A DNA stretch of 64,000 nucleotides, taken from contig CM060731.1 in the NCBI GenBank assembly GCA_030704615.1, positions 79,856,001-79,920,000 of the forward strand, in the 5' to 3' direction. Below, one piece after another: positions 13,211 through 26,549 of the stretch (positions are counted from its first letter, which is position 1; every line of letters begins with the position of its first letter). This DNA is from Takakia lepidozioides (taxonomy: Eukaryota > Plantae > Bryophyta). Position numbers and translations under genes: made by a program. The notes under the pieces are model-generated. The model ran no database searches and was not told the origin of the DNA. It was given only the letters and a program-made list of their open reading frames with translations.

Positions 13211-16200
13211 TTTTGTTTGTTTCCTACCCTTTTGGGTTTTAAAAGAGAAACATCACACAAGATTGCAACAATGAGAATCTGGCTTAAATAATGTTCATTT
13301 TAGTTTTTTTGTTGAGTTTATTCTACTTAAAATTACATATATTAACATCTTGCTCAAGTTGTAATTTTTTTACATAAATCTAGTAAAATGATTTTTTAGT
13401 AGGATGTCAAAGTGCCAAACCTAGCATTGTGCATTTTAAATCCTTGAAATCTCATCACAATATGTCATGTTTGATGATTAACGAGACGTTCCAAAGTGTA
13501 TTTTTGAGTGGAGAACTTATAGTATATATTCTCACAATGTTTGATAAATAACAAAATATTTTGGTACGATACGTATTTTGAGATCTCATTGTTTTGTGTT
13601 TGTCTTTTTGCAAACAATTTAATGTATGTAATGTAATGATGATATCCTTACCAATGTAAAATGCTCAACCAAGTTTGTAGTTTAGAAGATATCAAACAAC
13701 TGATGTAGCATCATATCCACATGTGTGTTATCCCCATCTTGTCGACTTTCCATATTCTTCAAAGGCGCAAACGGTAGGGCTTTTTGTTGCTTGATCAAGT
13801 TGTTGAAGAAACCACCAATTGATCTTGGGGAACAACATTTACTTGCAACACTCTACATTTGTATAATGTATGCCAAAATTAGGTTTCCAATTGGGATTCT
13901 ATGACCATATTCAAACTCAAGGTGTTTTGTTTAAACAATATGATTATTTTTACAAGTATACCTTACAACTATTGTTGGATGAACAAGATGCTTGTATCTA
14001 AGTTTACCCTAGCTACATGCGACATTGTTATCTCAGAGAGAGAAGACCCTAAACCGGGCGGTTATTCTTCCATTATTCTTGGATGGTCAAAATCACAAAC
14101 ATTTTTTTGACGTCCATAATAAATATTATATCGAAGTTAATTTGGATAGATAGAGGAAAATGACATGAACTTGGTCATTGTCCTTTAATAGTATTCTTAT
14201 TAAAATAATAATATTATTATTATTATTATTATTTGTAAAGCACTGAAAAATGACTAGTGTAATATGGATAAATAAATTTGTTTATCATGCGAATGACGGT
14301 AAATAAACACTAGAAGATTATTTAGAGTCCTCTGATGATTAATGATAAATTGTGTTTATGGGTCCACTTATTTATCTTACAGGTAAGGGTTACTGGAAAT
14401 ATGATGATGTATTTATCCTCCAGATAAAGGGTAAAGGCCAATATATTCATTAAGTTAACCCTTAAGTGCCCACTAGACCCGTTTTGGGCCTTTCTTTTTG
14501 GTTTTGTGGTTGTGGATTTCGCATATTTGAATCAATGGTCCCCAATTTTTGGTCTGCGGATCATGCCATCCACCTGGCGGACATGAGTCCAACCCGCGCT
14601 CTTTCCTATTTTTTGGTTAGGCTTATGATTTTTGGCATCCAAGGTAGTGGGGTCTGGTTTGCGGCGTGTGACTAGCAGGTCTCCTACGCTTTCTTGGCCT
14701 CTCTCACACTGTGTGTTCGCCTTCATAGACTTACTCTATGCGTGTTTTGGGAGCTTTACTGCGGCGTACATGCAGGTGGCCGTTGCAATTGTGGCAGCGG
14801 GCTGTTGCCCACCTTTACTTGATTTTGCTACATTGTCGTTTTGTTGCATTATTATAACTCGCCTTCTCTCATGAGCCTTAGCATTGATAAGACTAACCTA
14901 CACTACTCCTTGCAAGTCTTGCGTTGTAGGTGTGAGTGCTTGAGAGCTACATGCCCTGCATTTGAAGTGTGGATTTTGAGAGAGAGGGAGAGAGGATTTA
15001 GGGTGAGAAGGTACGTTGTGAGTGAATGCATTTCGGCGGTGGTGGCTTTAGTTCTAATTAGTAGAAATTGACATGGGTTCTGGTGGTGCTCTACCTCCTA
15101 CACCTACGCATCTGCCTGCTTAAGCGGCAACAATTTGCTAAGTGGACACGGTCACTGGGTGCGACTTCCGAGCAGGTCGATCAGATCCTTGGTTGTATAA
15201 ATAAAAACTATCTTTTAGAATTGAAGAGACCTACAAGGATAAGGTACCCAGCCTTCCCCAACCAAGCAATTTCCGCCGTCCGGTATTTGTATAGGATGCA
15301 GCGTGCTCGCATTCTGAAGTGATCGGGAGGAGGAGGGGACCCTTGCGGTTTTTCCACCGAGGTGAACGAGATCTTGAGACTACAGGTGTGGCCTGACTTT
15401 GCAAATTTTTCAGATACTTAGTATGAGACTGAATGAGTTGGCTTGGTCGCAGGGTAAGCCTAATTCCCAACCTGATTTCTCTTGAGTCGATTTGGTACCG
15501 ATTTTCACTAACCCAAGGAGCTTATAGTAGTTGTTTTGGCACGGTAGCCTTTGAAGTTTTTCATACGTACCCTTTGTGATAATGAATTGTTGTACTCCCT
15601 TCGTAGCTCTCAAATTCCTGAATGCGATCTTGTTGGGCATTCACAATCGATTGAGCACATGATTGTTGGGATCCACTGTCAAGGTTGTTGTAACAGAGTT
15701 GAATGTTGAGGACTTGCCGTCCTCCAGCACTGCCAGGCCTGTCAATTGATAAATCTTGGGACATTCTCAATGGTAGGGAGAATCTTTTTGTATCATTGTT
15801 TGCGCAATTGGGAGTGCATTATGTGCACATTATGTGTCTGCTTGTGTGCTGCTTGTTTAATCTAGGACTTAGATGGAGAATGTGGATGTTCTGTGAATGA
15901 ATTGTTCGGATTGGGTCCTCATGACGACTTGCCTGGAACGGAATTATGAGAGTCTGATGATGATTTAGACTCTCATTTTGACCCTTTGGAGGAAGAGTGT
16001 GCTAATCCTGAAGCTATTGAAAACCCTGATTTGATGGAGTTTTGTCACTTGTGTAACACTGGGCTCCCCACCCGAGAGAGCTGGGCCTATATGAATTGCC
16101 AGAAATTTGAGAGGAGATGGGGGCCTCATGAATTTTTTGCTGACGACATGTGGAATAGCAATTGTAAAGCGTCACTCCATATGCAATCACGCACTGTAGT

Positions 16201-16819
16201 GGGAATATAAAGAAACATGCATGCATGATTGAGTACTAAGAATCATGACTCTTGTAAATGAACCTCTGGGATAAATGTCTTACTTGAAACTATGGTTGTC
16301 TTCTCTTTTCTTTTCCAAGTGACAGTTGACATCTTAATATCGCGAAATAGTCTAATAGAGAGATTCGTTAAGCTTATATGGTTTTTTTGTAATAATCCTA
16401 CAATCTCTTCCAAATTTTGACAATCTCCTCAAGAGTTCAGTAAGACCAAACTATATTTAAAATCCCATAGAAGGTATTCTGAAATCATGTTACATATTGT
16501 ACTAGAAATTGCAGCTTTGGTATTTCATTCAACACGAAATAAATATCGCATTGTCTCAATTGCCCAAGTATGGGTGAGAAATCTTTTAATTTACAAACCT
16601 GAGCTTGGAAACAAGTGGACCTGATCACAATAATGGATGTACATTGGATACATGTCATGTGAAGGTGAAATTTGGTACACAAAAGCTTTTTTAAGGTTGC
16701 ACATGTCATGCACATATGATTCAAAAACATTGAAGGATGTAGAGATCTTCATGACCTTCCACTTCCAAAATATTGGAAGCTCAAATCTGGACAAGATTCG
16801 GTCAGTATCAAACCATCCG

Positions 16820-17040
16820 CGCGTAGTTACTACACTTCATCTTCCAAGAATCATTGCAAGTATTACATCCCATATCGTTGTCCATCTTGTGCACATGCAA
16901 GGTACTTTTCTTGTTCCATTGCAAGTTGTGCACTATGAATATTTACTAGACATGGTTTCCTGCTCCCTTGCATCAATGATGGATTTGATCACCCAAATAC
17001 AGCCCAATTCAGATATACCCCAAACAACGTGTAGTACCAT
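16820..17040 (-). pseudogene. Pseudogene of a small DnaJ-type zinc-finger protein (AT5G43260-like)
   Basis: Reads MVLHVVWGISELGCIWVIKSIIDAREQETMSSKYS*CTTCNGTRKVPCMCTRW, then after a frameshift DNDMGCNTCNDSWKMKCSNY. This matches the CPTCNGTGRVxCxCxRWSDGDVGCxxCSGSGxxxCSNC pattern, with one stop and one frameshift. Confidence 0.75.
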
Positions 17041-18169
17041 TACTCCCAAAGACACCTTTGTACATCAACTCTAGCTTCGATGTGAAAGCCTATTGTCTAT
17101 CTATACTGCGATTCGTATAGTTGCATGAGGTAAATGTGATATTCCACAGAAGTTAGGCGGATAGAAGATCTTTGAGACATAAGCTTTGTTTGGTAGAATT
17201 GTTGGAAATTCATAAGTTTCCAAGCTTAAAGTAGAGGATGCTAGCACAGTGATCATAGGGTGTTTTGTCTTATTATCACAATGCTAGAAGACACCCACAT
17301 TCCACGTACTTTGAAATTATCAACAAACAACAATGTTCTAGTATAGTTTTTAGTGAAAGATGAACACATCTTTAATATTGCCCACTCTTGCAATTTTTGC
17401 TAAATATCAGCTTTTGAAAGACTATTGCTGAGTACATAAATAAATATTATATTTCAATATATAATAATACATAATATAAAATATCAATTACATCAATACA
17501 AAATAAATAAAAGTCTACTCAGATTTTTTTGTGCCAATTATCTTAAGTATTAAAATATTTGACACGCCTGCAAGAAAGAGAGATACAAAAATATGCAAAA
17601 CCTTATAAGATGTAAACTCATCTTTATCAAGTGCAAATATTGCTTGAGGTCCATTCTTAAATACAACATGTAAAAGATGAATTCAAAATATGCCACGATT
17701 ATTACACTTATTACCAATATAAAATCAAATTATTTTTTATTCTACGACATGAAACAAAAGAGACTCTCGTTCTTCTATATTACATAGGCTATAAATATTA
17801 ATTTAACTATACATGCAACAATCTGACAATTGACGAATGGATGAATATGAATGTCAAATGAATGCATGCGATTAATCCAAAAATAAGAACTTATGATGAC
17901 AACGTGAATTGAACACAATCAAAACATAGAGGTCTCTGGCCCACACACTCTGAAACTAATTTAAATTTTAAGGAAAAAAAACACTAGGTTAGCGCTAGAC
18001 ATAAATAAATGCAACATACATCATAAGTGTAATTGAGTAGTAAAAACATTTATATTAAATAAGTTTGATTTTTTAACATGGTTTCTAGAATCAAAGAATA
18101 TAAAAAATATGTTTAGAAAAAATATTATTGTTGATGATCACAGTGGACAATGTTCCGTCACAAAACACA

Positions 18170-18602
18170 ATGTGTGATTCTTCATGTGGCTGCCTTTTTC
18201 AAAGATACCAACCCAGCCTGCTAGCTCTGTAATCAAAATTGTATTGAGTCCATTGAGCATTGCCTTGTTCGCTGCCCCCTGACCATAAGGGTCTGGTAGC
18301 TTGTATCCACCTTCTATGCTGGATGGAAATCTCTTCCCTCTCTCTCTGACTTACTTCTGCTGCTCCATATGCATAACGGCTCACTTTGGACTCTATGTCC
18401 AATTCGGGCTTGCCTCCGGGCTCACACACCGTGGTACCCTTTTCAAAGCTAGAAGTACTCTAGTTTTTTAGGGTAGACGCCCCAACATTAGATCAATGTT
18501 GCATAAGTTTTTTTTTAGACCTGATGACAGAGGGGCGTAAGGCTTGGGTCTCTTTGCAAACAGCTTTTACCAGGTGTAGCAAAAGGAGACCCAAGCAACT
18601 AA
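18170..18602 (+). mobile_element. L1 LINE 3' fragment, left part (continues at 38022-38423)
   Basis: NPAC*LCNQNCIESIEHCLVRCP (zf-RVT), WYLFKARSTLVF (1-nt slip) and LDLMTEGRKAW. Confidence 0.7.
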
Positions 18603-19059
18603 CACTATTTTAATTAATTCTGGATTTTTGGCTTAAATCCGGACTAAACTTAATATATATTTGAATTAAAATCAATTAAAATATTAAGAATATCACGGTG
18701 TAATATGTGATTGAACTTTGTGAAATTACAGTGATGTCATACTTGTTTCAAAATGTGTCATATAAGATGTCCATTTGACATTGAAAATCTTGTGAAATAG
18801 CAGTACTGAACAATTCATTGAACGTCCACTTGGAAGTCGAATAATGTAATATTCCATTATGTAAACACGATAAATAAATGGGTCGCATCGAATATGGGGC
18901 AGACTCCCCTTCTACCATACTCGATACAACTTGCTAGTAATTTTATTGATTGAATCTTCGTATCAAGCACAATGTCCATATACCACGCCATTGGAATGAA
19001 TCATGTTTTGGATGTGACAAGGGCAGTAAAATATTAAAATAGCATGAAACATTCGGAAG

Positions 19060-21827
19060 AGGTACTAGGGTAGTACAATAAGGTTTGGGGTGTAACTAGA
19101 GAGAAGTGCAATAAGGTTTGGGTTTACAGTAAGGGTAAGGGTTGTCGTGCACCTAAGCATCGTGCCACAACATACATCGTTGTCCAACCACACTTCCTAG
19201 CATATAGTCCTAGAAAGCCACGCCACAATGATACGGAAATGGTGAAAAGAGGATAAACCACTCTATCACGTTATATAAGTCAAGCCAATGGCACCTTTGC
19301 TAAATGACTCCACCATACAGACCTCACCCACTCTCCATCTCAAGTTCTAGAGCTATGGCGGCGAGAGAGGCCTCGGGAGGCTCGACTAGAAGAAGACGAG
19401 CCTGCCTACGTCTCACTTGGAGATAACCTCCCCACGTCCCAAGTGAGGTTCGCCACCTCACTTGGCACATGGAACCAAATGAAGTCCCAATGCCAACAAA
19501 ATACAAATATAAATGTATAATGTCCTAATTAGCTAGAAATAACTATTTTTAACTAATCACAAACAAAACCATGACAGGGTTTAGGGTTTGGATTTAGGGT
19601 ACAAAGGGACAAACAAATATGATGGACTCACACTCGGTAGAATTTAAGAAATGGTTGAGGAATTTGATATCCCTGTAATCATCCTATCGTACCTTATCCA
19701 ACAAAAAAAAATATTAAAAGAGCATGAAACATTAAGAAGAGGTAACATGGTAGTACAATAAGGTTTGGAGTGTAACTAGGGAAGTACACTAAAGTTTTTG
19801 GTTTATGGTAAGATTAATGGTTTAGGGGTGATGGTAAAGGTAGGGGTTTTCGGTTTGGGTTTAAGGTACAAAAAGACAAACAAATATGAAAGACTCACGC
19901 TCGCTAGAACTTGGTGTGTGTTAGTAGGATAAAAATAAAAATAAAAATAGAGAAACAAATATTATGGAAGAGTCATTGGGCCGGACAAGTATTTAAATTG
20001 AAGATTCGTCTTTGGAACCTGGTATTAAGATACATAGAAAGCACACTATGCAAAGATAAGTACATGTCAAACCAAAACAAAGGAGAAAACTAGCGCAAAA
20101 ATGGAGTGAAAGACATTTGGAGAACCATAATGGTTATGGTTTTGGTATGGATAGTTCATTTGCATTTGTATGGGAAGGGTAAGGGTTTAGACGTAATAAT
20201 GGCTTAACGACAAAAGTTTACGGTTTACGGTGAGGGATTTGGGAAATGGTTTAGGGTTTGGGTTTAAGGTACAAATGGTGAACAAACATGGAAGACTCGC
20301 ACTCGTTCTATACTTAGTGTGGGTTAGTAGGGCACAAAATGAACAATTGGATAACGAAGAGATTTGGATAACCATAATGATTATGGTTATGGTATGGATA
20401 GTTGATTCCCATTTGCAAATGGAAGGGTAGGGGTACTTTCATAACCATAATCATAACCATAACCACAAGGGTACATAATCATAATGGTTATGGTTATGGT
20501 ATGGATACTTCGTTCCCATTTGCAGGGGAAGGGTAAGGGTTTAGACGTAATAATGGTGCAGGGTTTTGTTTAGGGTTTTCGACGAGGGTTTAGGGTTTGG
20601 GTTGAAGGCACATACATGCCGGAAGACTCGCACTCGCTACAACTTAATGTGTGTTTGTAGGGTACCAAATGAAAATTTGGATACATTGAAGAGATTTGGA
20701 TAACCATAATGGTTATGGTTATGGTGTGGATAGTTGATTCACATTTGTAAAGGGAAGGGTAAGGGTTCTGGGGTAATGGATTAAGGATAAAGGTTTAGTG
20801 TTTTATAGTAAGGGTTTATGGTAGGGGTTTAGGGTTTTTGTTTAAGGTACAAAATAGACAAACACATACGGAAGACTCCAGTCACTACAACTTAGTGTTG
20901 TTAGTAGGGTAGTAAGTAAAATAAAAATGAAGAACAAAATATTATGGAAGTGTAGTCATTACATCGAACAAGTATTTAAATGAAATACTCGTCCTTGGAA
21001 CGTGGTATTAAGATACATAGAAAGCAAAGTTCGATAAAAAAAGTAAGTGCATGTCAATCCAAACCAAAGGCAAAACCTAGCGCAAAGTGAAGGGCGAAGA
21101 CATTTGAATAACCATAATAGTTATGGTTATCTGCAGTGATTGATTATCAAACGCATGGGTTTGTGGTGATCTATGTAGACACTTCAGCCCAGTCCCAAGC
21201 GCATACTTCATTCCCATTTGCAGGGGAAGGGGAAGGGTTTAGACGTAATAATGGCGTAGGGTTTTGTTTAGGGTTTGCGACGAGGGTTTAGGGTTTGGGT
21301 TGAAGGCACAAATGGTGAACATACATGTCGGAAGACTCGCACTCGCTACAACTTAGTGTTTGTTAGGGTACAAAATGAAAATTTGGATACATTGAAGAGA
21401 TTTGGATAACCATAACGGTTATGGTTACGGTATGGATAGTTGATTCCCATTTGCAAAGGGAAGGATAAGGGTTATGGGGTATCGAGTTAAAGGTAAATGT
21501 TTAGGGTTTTATAGTAAGGGTTTAGGGTAGGGGTTTAGGGTTTTTGTTTAAGTTACAAATAGACAAACACTTATGGAAGACTCCAGTAGCTAGAACTCAG
21601 TGTTGTTAGTAGGGTAGTAAACAAAATAAAAATGAAGAACCTAATATTATGGACAAGTATTTACATGAAAGACTCGTCCTTGGAACCTGGTATTAAGATG
21701 TAACATAAAAATCAAACTATTACATGCCTAAGTGCATGTCAATCCAAAACAAAAGAAAAACCTAGCGCAAAAGTGAAGGGATAAGACATTTCAATAACCA
21801 TAATGGTTATGGTTATGGCTATGGTTA
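19060..21827 (+). repeat. Telomere-like compound satellite (TTTAGGG/TAAGGG/TTATGG variants in higher-order units)
   Basis: Repeated GGGTTTAGGGTTT and GGTTATGGTTATGG blocks. A ~700-bp duplication (starts ~20513 and ~21211). The array resumes at 33565-33700 after the LINE insertion. Confidence 0.88.
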
Positions 21828-23440
21828 GAGAGAGAGAGAGAAGACTCCGGCCAAAGCCGGTGTAACTAAGAGTCATTTCGCCTTACGGCTACTGCCCCAT
21901 TTTCGGGGGTAGGCCCTATAAAGAGAACAGGTGTCCAGGGAACACCGGGAAACCAGGAGAAGGTAGTAAATAGGGGACGGTGCCTAGGGTACCTAGGGTA
22001 CCCCAGGATACCTTGGGATGCCGCAGAGGGGTTGGACTCGAGTTGTCGCTTATTGGTGATGATGGCAGTGAGGGAGCGGAGGGCATTGAGGTGGATGGCT
22101 TTAAAGCATTGGTAGATAGGGGGGATAGGGATTTTAAGATTGTCGTGTAACGCGTTTATACTGGTGATATGAATCCCACCTCTAGTACCTACTGTGATAA
22201 CTGACACTAGAAGAAAAATGTGGAATAACCACTGGCCCTTTAACACTACTGTCTTTTTCCACTCTATAAACCACTAGTAACCACTTGCCAGTGGTTAATC
22301 CCAATGAAATGCCACGGTGGCATCACAGACAGTGGTTGGAAGTGGTTTCAACCACTCAGTAGTCCACGTGTAATAATTTGTTTTTATTTATTATTATTTT
22401 TGCTAATATATTTTAATTAATTAATATAATATTCCACGTGGACGAGTTTAGTGGTACATTGTGAGTGGTTATAGACACCTCAGTGATGGGAAGTGGTTGA
22501 AACCACTTGCTACTCCACGTGTAATAATTCAAATTTTATTTGTGATTTATTATTTGGAAATATATTTTAATTCATAAATATAATATTCCACGTGGACGGG
22601 GACAATGCACGTTGATCTTGAGTGGTTAAAGACACCTCATTGATTTGTACCACTTTGACAGTGGTGGAAAGTGGGTGGTGAAAGATACTGCAGTAATTGG
22701 AACCACTATGCTAGTGGTTGCTCATGAGTGGTTGCCTACACAACAGTGATTGGTACCACTTTTTGGGTGATACATGAAAAACTTTAAGTGATTTGTGCAG
22801 CTGTGACAGACTTTGAAAAACAGACAAGTGGCCAGACCATTGTGGGCTGATGCTAATGAACAAATGGTTCCAACAATAAACTTTATTCTGAATCTGAAAC
22901 ATATTCGTCACCCTCTGAATCACTTTGCTCAATTGGAATAGCGGTTGGTTGCACAAATGCTGATTGAATGGTAGCCAACATAGCCAGGTCTTCTTTATTT
23001 AGAGCCGTGGGACCATCTAATGACCTAGGTATTGGTTGATCTAATAAGGTAGACGTCGATTGGCACGCCACTCATCACCACATGCCTCTCTGTCTACTGT
23101 GAACTGTGTCTTCTCTGTTGCATACTTTTTGTCACAAAATGGCAACAAGAATGACACATGTTAGCAATGAAGTATTACATTACTTAGCAAAAAATACCTA
23201 GCATGAATGATACTTTGAAAACCACTGTTTCAAACCACTGGAGGAGTGAGCAGAATGACTTGTAAATGAACATGCTCTTCCAACAAGTCACTCACTCAGA
23301 CATTCCGTTACTACAGCATTGGTTACAATCAGGATGAACCACTGACATTTGTGACTTTGTGGGTGGTTTGATTACACTGGTGACAGTCAGAATTGAAATT
23401 GAACTTGATATGAATAAGGTGCAATGAAAAGAAGTACTCA

Positions 23441-23770
23441 CTACGCCCAAGGAGCCATGACATTGGTATTGTTCAGCACATACAAAATTTGTGCTGCATC
23501 TCTCCCAGCTCCAGTCATGTCTTGCTTTTTGCCGACACCTTCGAAGACCTCGTCCTCAACCCCTTCCTCCGCATTTGCATCCCAAGTCCGCTGTTGAGTT
23601 GCATCAAATGATTGCATATACTTAGTCATGAACCCCATGGCCTCATCCAGAACATACCCTGCAGCCGTACTCCCTTCTGGCTTTGCGTAATTCCTAACAT
23701 ATCCCTTAACATCTTTCATGTAACGCTCCATGGGATACATCCATTGTGAAGACACCGGATGAACAGTTTT
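23441..23770 (-). pseudogene. CACTA TnpD transposase fragment (DUF4218 region)
   Basis: PVSSQWMYPMERYMKDVKGYVRNYAKPEGSTAAGY. Confidence 0.85.
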
Positions 23771-23866
23771 GTTTATCTCCATGGAATACATCTATGTGCT
23801 CACTTGTAACCACTAAAATGATTTTTTTTTTTTAAAAATCAAAGTGCAAAAGATTTAAAAAAAACA

Positions 23867-24080
23867 CATCGGCTGGTAAGTGCAGAGTGTGTCACCCTGG
23901 TGGTTCAGGGTTTAAACCCGCTGCATGACTCCATGTGTGGGATTGTTTGTGACGACGGTATGTCTGGGCGTTGATCCTCCAGTAGGTCTCATGGCCCATA
24001 AATGAAAGGGGGTTAATTTTTCCCCCTCCTCAAGGGCCTGAGGTTTCCTTTAAAATTTATTTTGAAAAAAAAAACAAAAA
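23867..24080 (+). mobile_element. tRNA-derived SINE inside the CACTA
   Basis: Degenerate B box GGTTTAAACCC, body shared with 11165-11300, A-rich tail. A second A-box/B-box pair (TAGCGTACTGG..GGTTCAAACTCC) lies at 24183-24240. Confidence 0.55.
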
Positions 24081-24947
24081 GTTGCTTATAGGGTTTGTGA
24101 AAAAGTTAAAAACCTTAAAAAGTTGCCCATCACGTATGTACAATATATACATACTTTTGGGGGGGAATTTCAAATGTGTGCATGTAGCGTACTGGTAAAG
24201 GTTCTTCCTGCGTGTCGCGGGGTCGCGGGTTCAAACTCCTCACGTTGTTTTTTTCCCCCTCATGCACTAAGTCCCACTAAGCCCCACTAAGCCCTATCGT
24301 TGTTGTGCACACTCAGTCCTCGTGCAGGTTGGTCTTAGCAGGTCGCGTTTCAATCTCTGCTCGCTCAGCTGCACCGTGGTGGTTCTCATGGACAATCCGA
24401 CCTTAACTGACTACAGACACAAAGCAACACACGCAAGAGGTCCGTTTGGGTTCATGGTTTGTCAAATCCTCCATGGGTCATGACACAAGGTCGATGACAA
24501 TGTGGTTAAGGCACCTTCTTCTTCGACCTATTTCAACATGTTTTGCCCTCCCATCAGACTCGGCCCTGAATTTGCAGCACGGAGCAAAGCTCGCATGAGT
24601 TTTTTACGATCCTTCATGATGGTGGGACAATCGCAATCGCAAGGTGTGGCTTTTTCTTAATGTAGGATGTGAAGAAGTTTGTCCATCCTGCAAATGTGGG
24701 CTTTTGGCTCCTGTTAGTACCATGATTTGGTATTCTTCCTGATGTTTACAAGGTTCTTGGGAGAGTCAGCTTGGTCTTAGCAGGTCGTGTTTCAATATCT
24801 GCTCGCTTAGCTGCACCATGGTGGTTCTCATGGACCAATGCGATGTTTTTTTTTTCCCTCGAGCACTTAGCCCCACTAAGCCCCATCGCTGCTGCGCACT
24901 TAAGTCCTCGATGATGTTTACAAGGTTCTTGAGAGAGTCAACTTGGT

Positions 24948-26488
24948 CCAGGGTATGCACGGCAGGGACGTGGGATGGAGGCGTTGGAGAGCTATGAGCA
25001 AATGATGGGGGAAGCACATCATGTTTGTGTGCATTTGCAATGCTTGTGCAAGCCTGGCAGCCCTGGAGAAGGGCAAGAGGTGCATAGGGATATCATCAAA
25101 GCTGGAATTGTGCCAAATGTCAATCTGAACACTGCCCTGGCACCTTAGGGGAAAGAGGTCCATGGCGACATCTTCAAAGTTGGAATTGTACCAGATGTCA
25201 TCCTCAACAAAACCCTGGTGAACATGTTTGCAAAATGTGGGTGCATCTAGGATGCAAAGGGAGTGTTCGACACTATGGCTGAACGAGATGTGGTGTCGTG
25301 GAGTGCGATGCTTGCATGGTATGCACGGCAGGGATGTGGGATGGAGGCTTTGGAGAGCTATGAGCAAATGATGGGGGAAGCACATCATGTTTGTTTGCAT
25401 TTGCAATGCTTGTGCAAGCCTGGCAGCCGGCCTGGAGAAGGGCAAGAGGTGCATGGGGATATTATCAAAGCTGGAATTGTGCCAAATGTCAATCTGAACA
25501 CTGCCCTCGCACCTTAGGGGAAAGAGGTCCATGGCGACATCTTCAGAGTTGGAATTGTACCAGATGTCATCCTCAACAAAACCCTGGTGAACATGTTCGC
25601 AAAATGTGGGTGCATCTAGGATGCAAAGGGAGTGTTCGACACTATGGCTGAACGAGATGTGGTGTCGTGGAGTGCGATGCTTGCATGGTATGCACGGCAG
25701 GGACGTGGGATGGAGGCGTTGGAGAGCTATGAGCAAATGATGGGGGAAGCACATCATGTTTGTGTGCATTTGCAATGCTTGTGCAAGCCTGGCAGCCGGC
25801 CTGGAGAAGGGCAAGAGGTGCATGGGGATATCATCAAAGCTGGAATTGTGCCAAATGTCAATCTGAACACTACCCTGGCACCTTAGGGGAAAGAGGTCCA
25901 TGGCGACATCTTCAGAGTTGGAATTGTACCAGATGTCATCCTAAACAAAACCCTGGTGAACATGTTTGTAAAATGTGGGTGCATCTAGGATGCAAAGGGA
26001 GTGTTCGACATTATGGCTGAACGAGATGTGGTGTCGTGGAGTGCGATGCTTGCATGGTATGCACGGCAGGGACGTGGGATGGAGGCGTTGGAGAGCTATG
26101 AGCAAATGATGGGGGAAGCACATCATGTTTGTTTGCATTTGCAATGCTTGTGCAAGCCTGGCAGCTGGCCTGGAGAAGGGCAAGAGGTGCATGGGGATAT
26201 CATCAAAGCTGGAATTGTGCCAAATGTCAATCTGAACACTGCCCTGGCAACTTAGGGGAAAGAGGTCCATGGCGACATCTTCAGAGTTGGAATTGTACCA
26301 GTTGTCATCCTAAACAAAACCCTGGTGAACATGTTTGTAAAATGTGTGTGCATCTAGGATGCAAAGGGAGTGTTCGACATTATGGCTGAACGAGATGTGG
26401 TGTCGTGGAGTGCGATGCTTGCATGGTATGCACGGCAGGGACGTGGGATGGAGGCTTTGGAGAGCTATGAGCAAATGATGGGGGAAGG
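24948..26488 (+). repeat. About 4 tandem copies of a 369-bp disabled PLS-class PPR segment
   Basis: Homologous ORFs start at 25263, 25632 and 26001 (period 369). Unit reads LVNMFAKCGCI*DAKGVFDTMAERDVVSWSAMLAWYARQG.GMEALESYEQMMGE. The same stops and frameshift recur in the copies. Confidence 0.93.
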
Positions 26489-26549
26489 GGGCCACCTTCT
26501 TCAGTAGCACAATGGCTACGAGTGGGTAAATGGTCAACTGAAAACAGCA

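Noticed and set aside
14454-14490. TTAACCCTT piggyBac-like left end
   Set aside because: No matching right terminus or transposase was found.
18542-18596. Hairpin resembling a terminator or miRNA precursor
   Set aside because: Short, and lies within L1 coding remnant with no further support.
19060-21827. True telomere or chromosome fusion site
   Set aside because: Repeats are short, degenerate, interspersed with spacers and enclosed in a TIR element.
24181-24245. tRNA gene (also 9140-9195)
   Set aside because: Only A/B-box-like motifs; no complete cloverleaf, so better explained as SINE heads.
25248-25250. PPR stop codons rescued by U-to-C RNA editing
   Set aside because: Such editing is organellar, the related copy has GAG (not CAG) here, and frameshifts coexist.
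24918-25901. 327-aa minus-strand ORF
   Set aside because: It is the antisense shadow of the 369-bp PPR repeats; the recognisable protein is on +.
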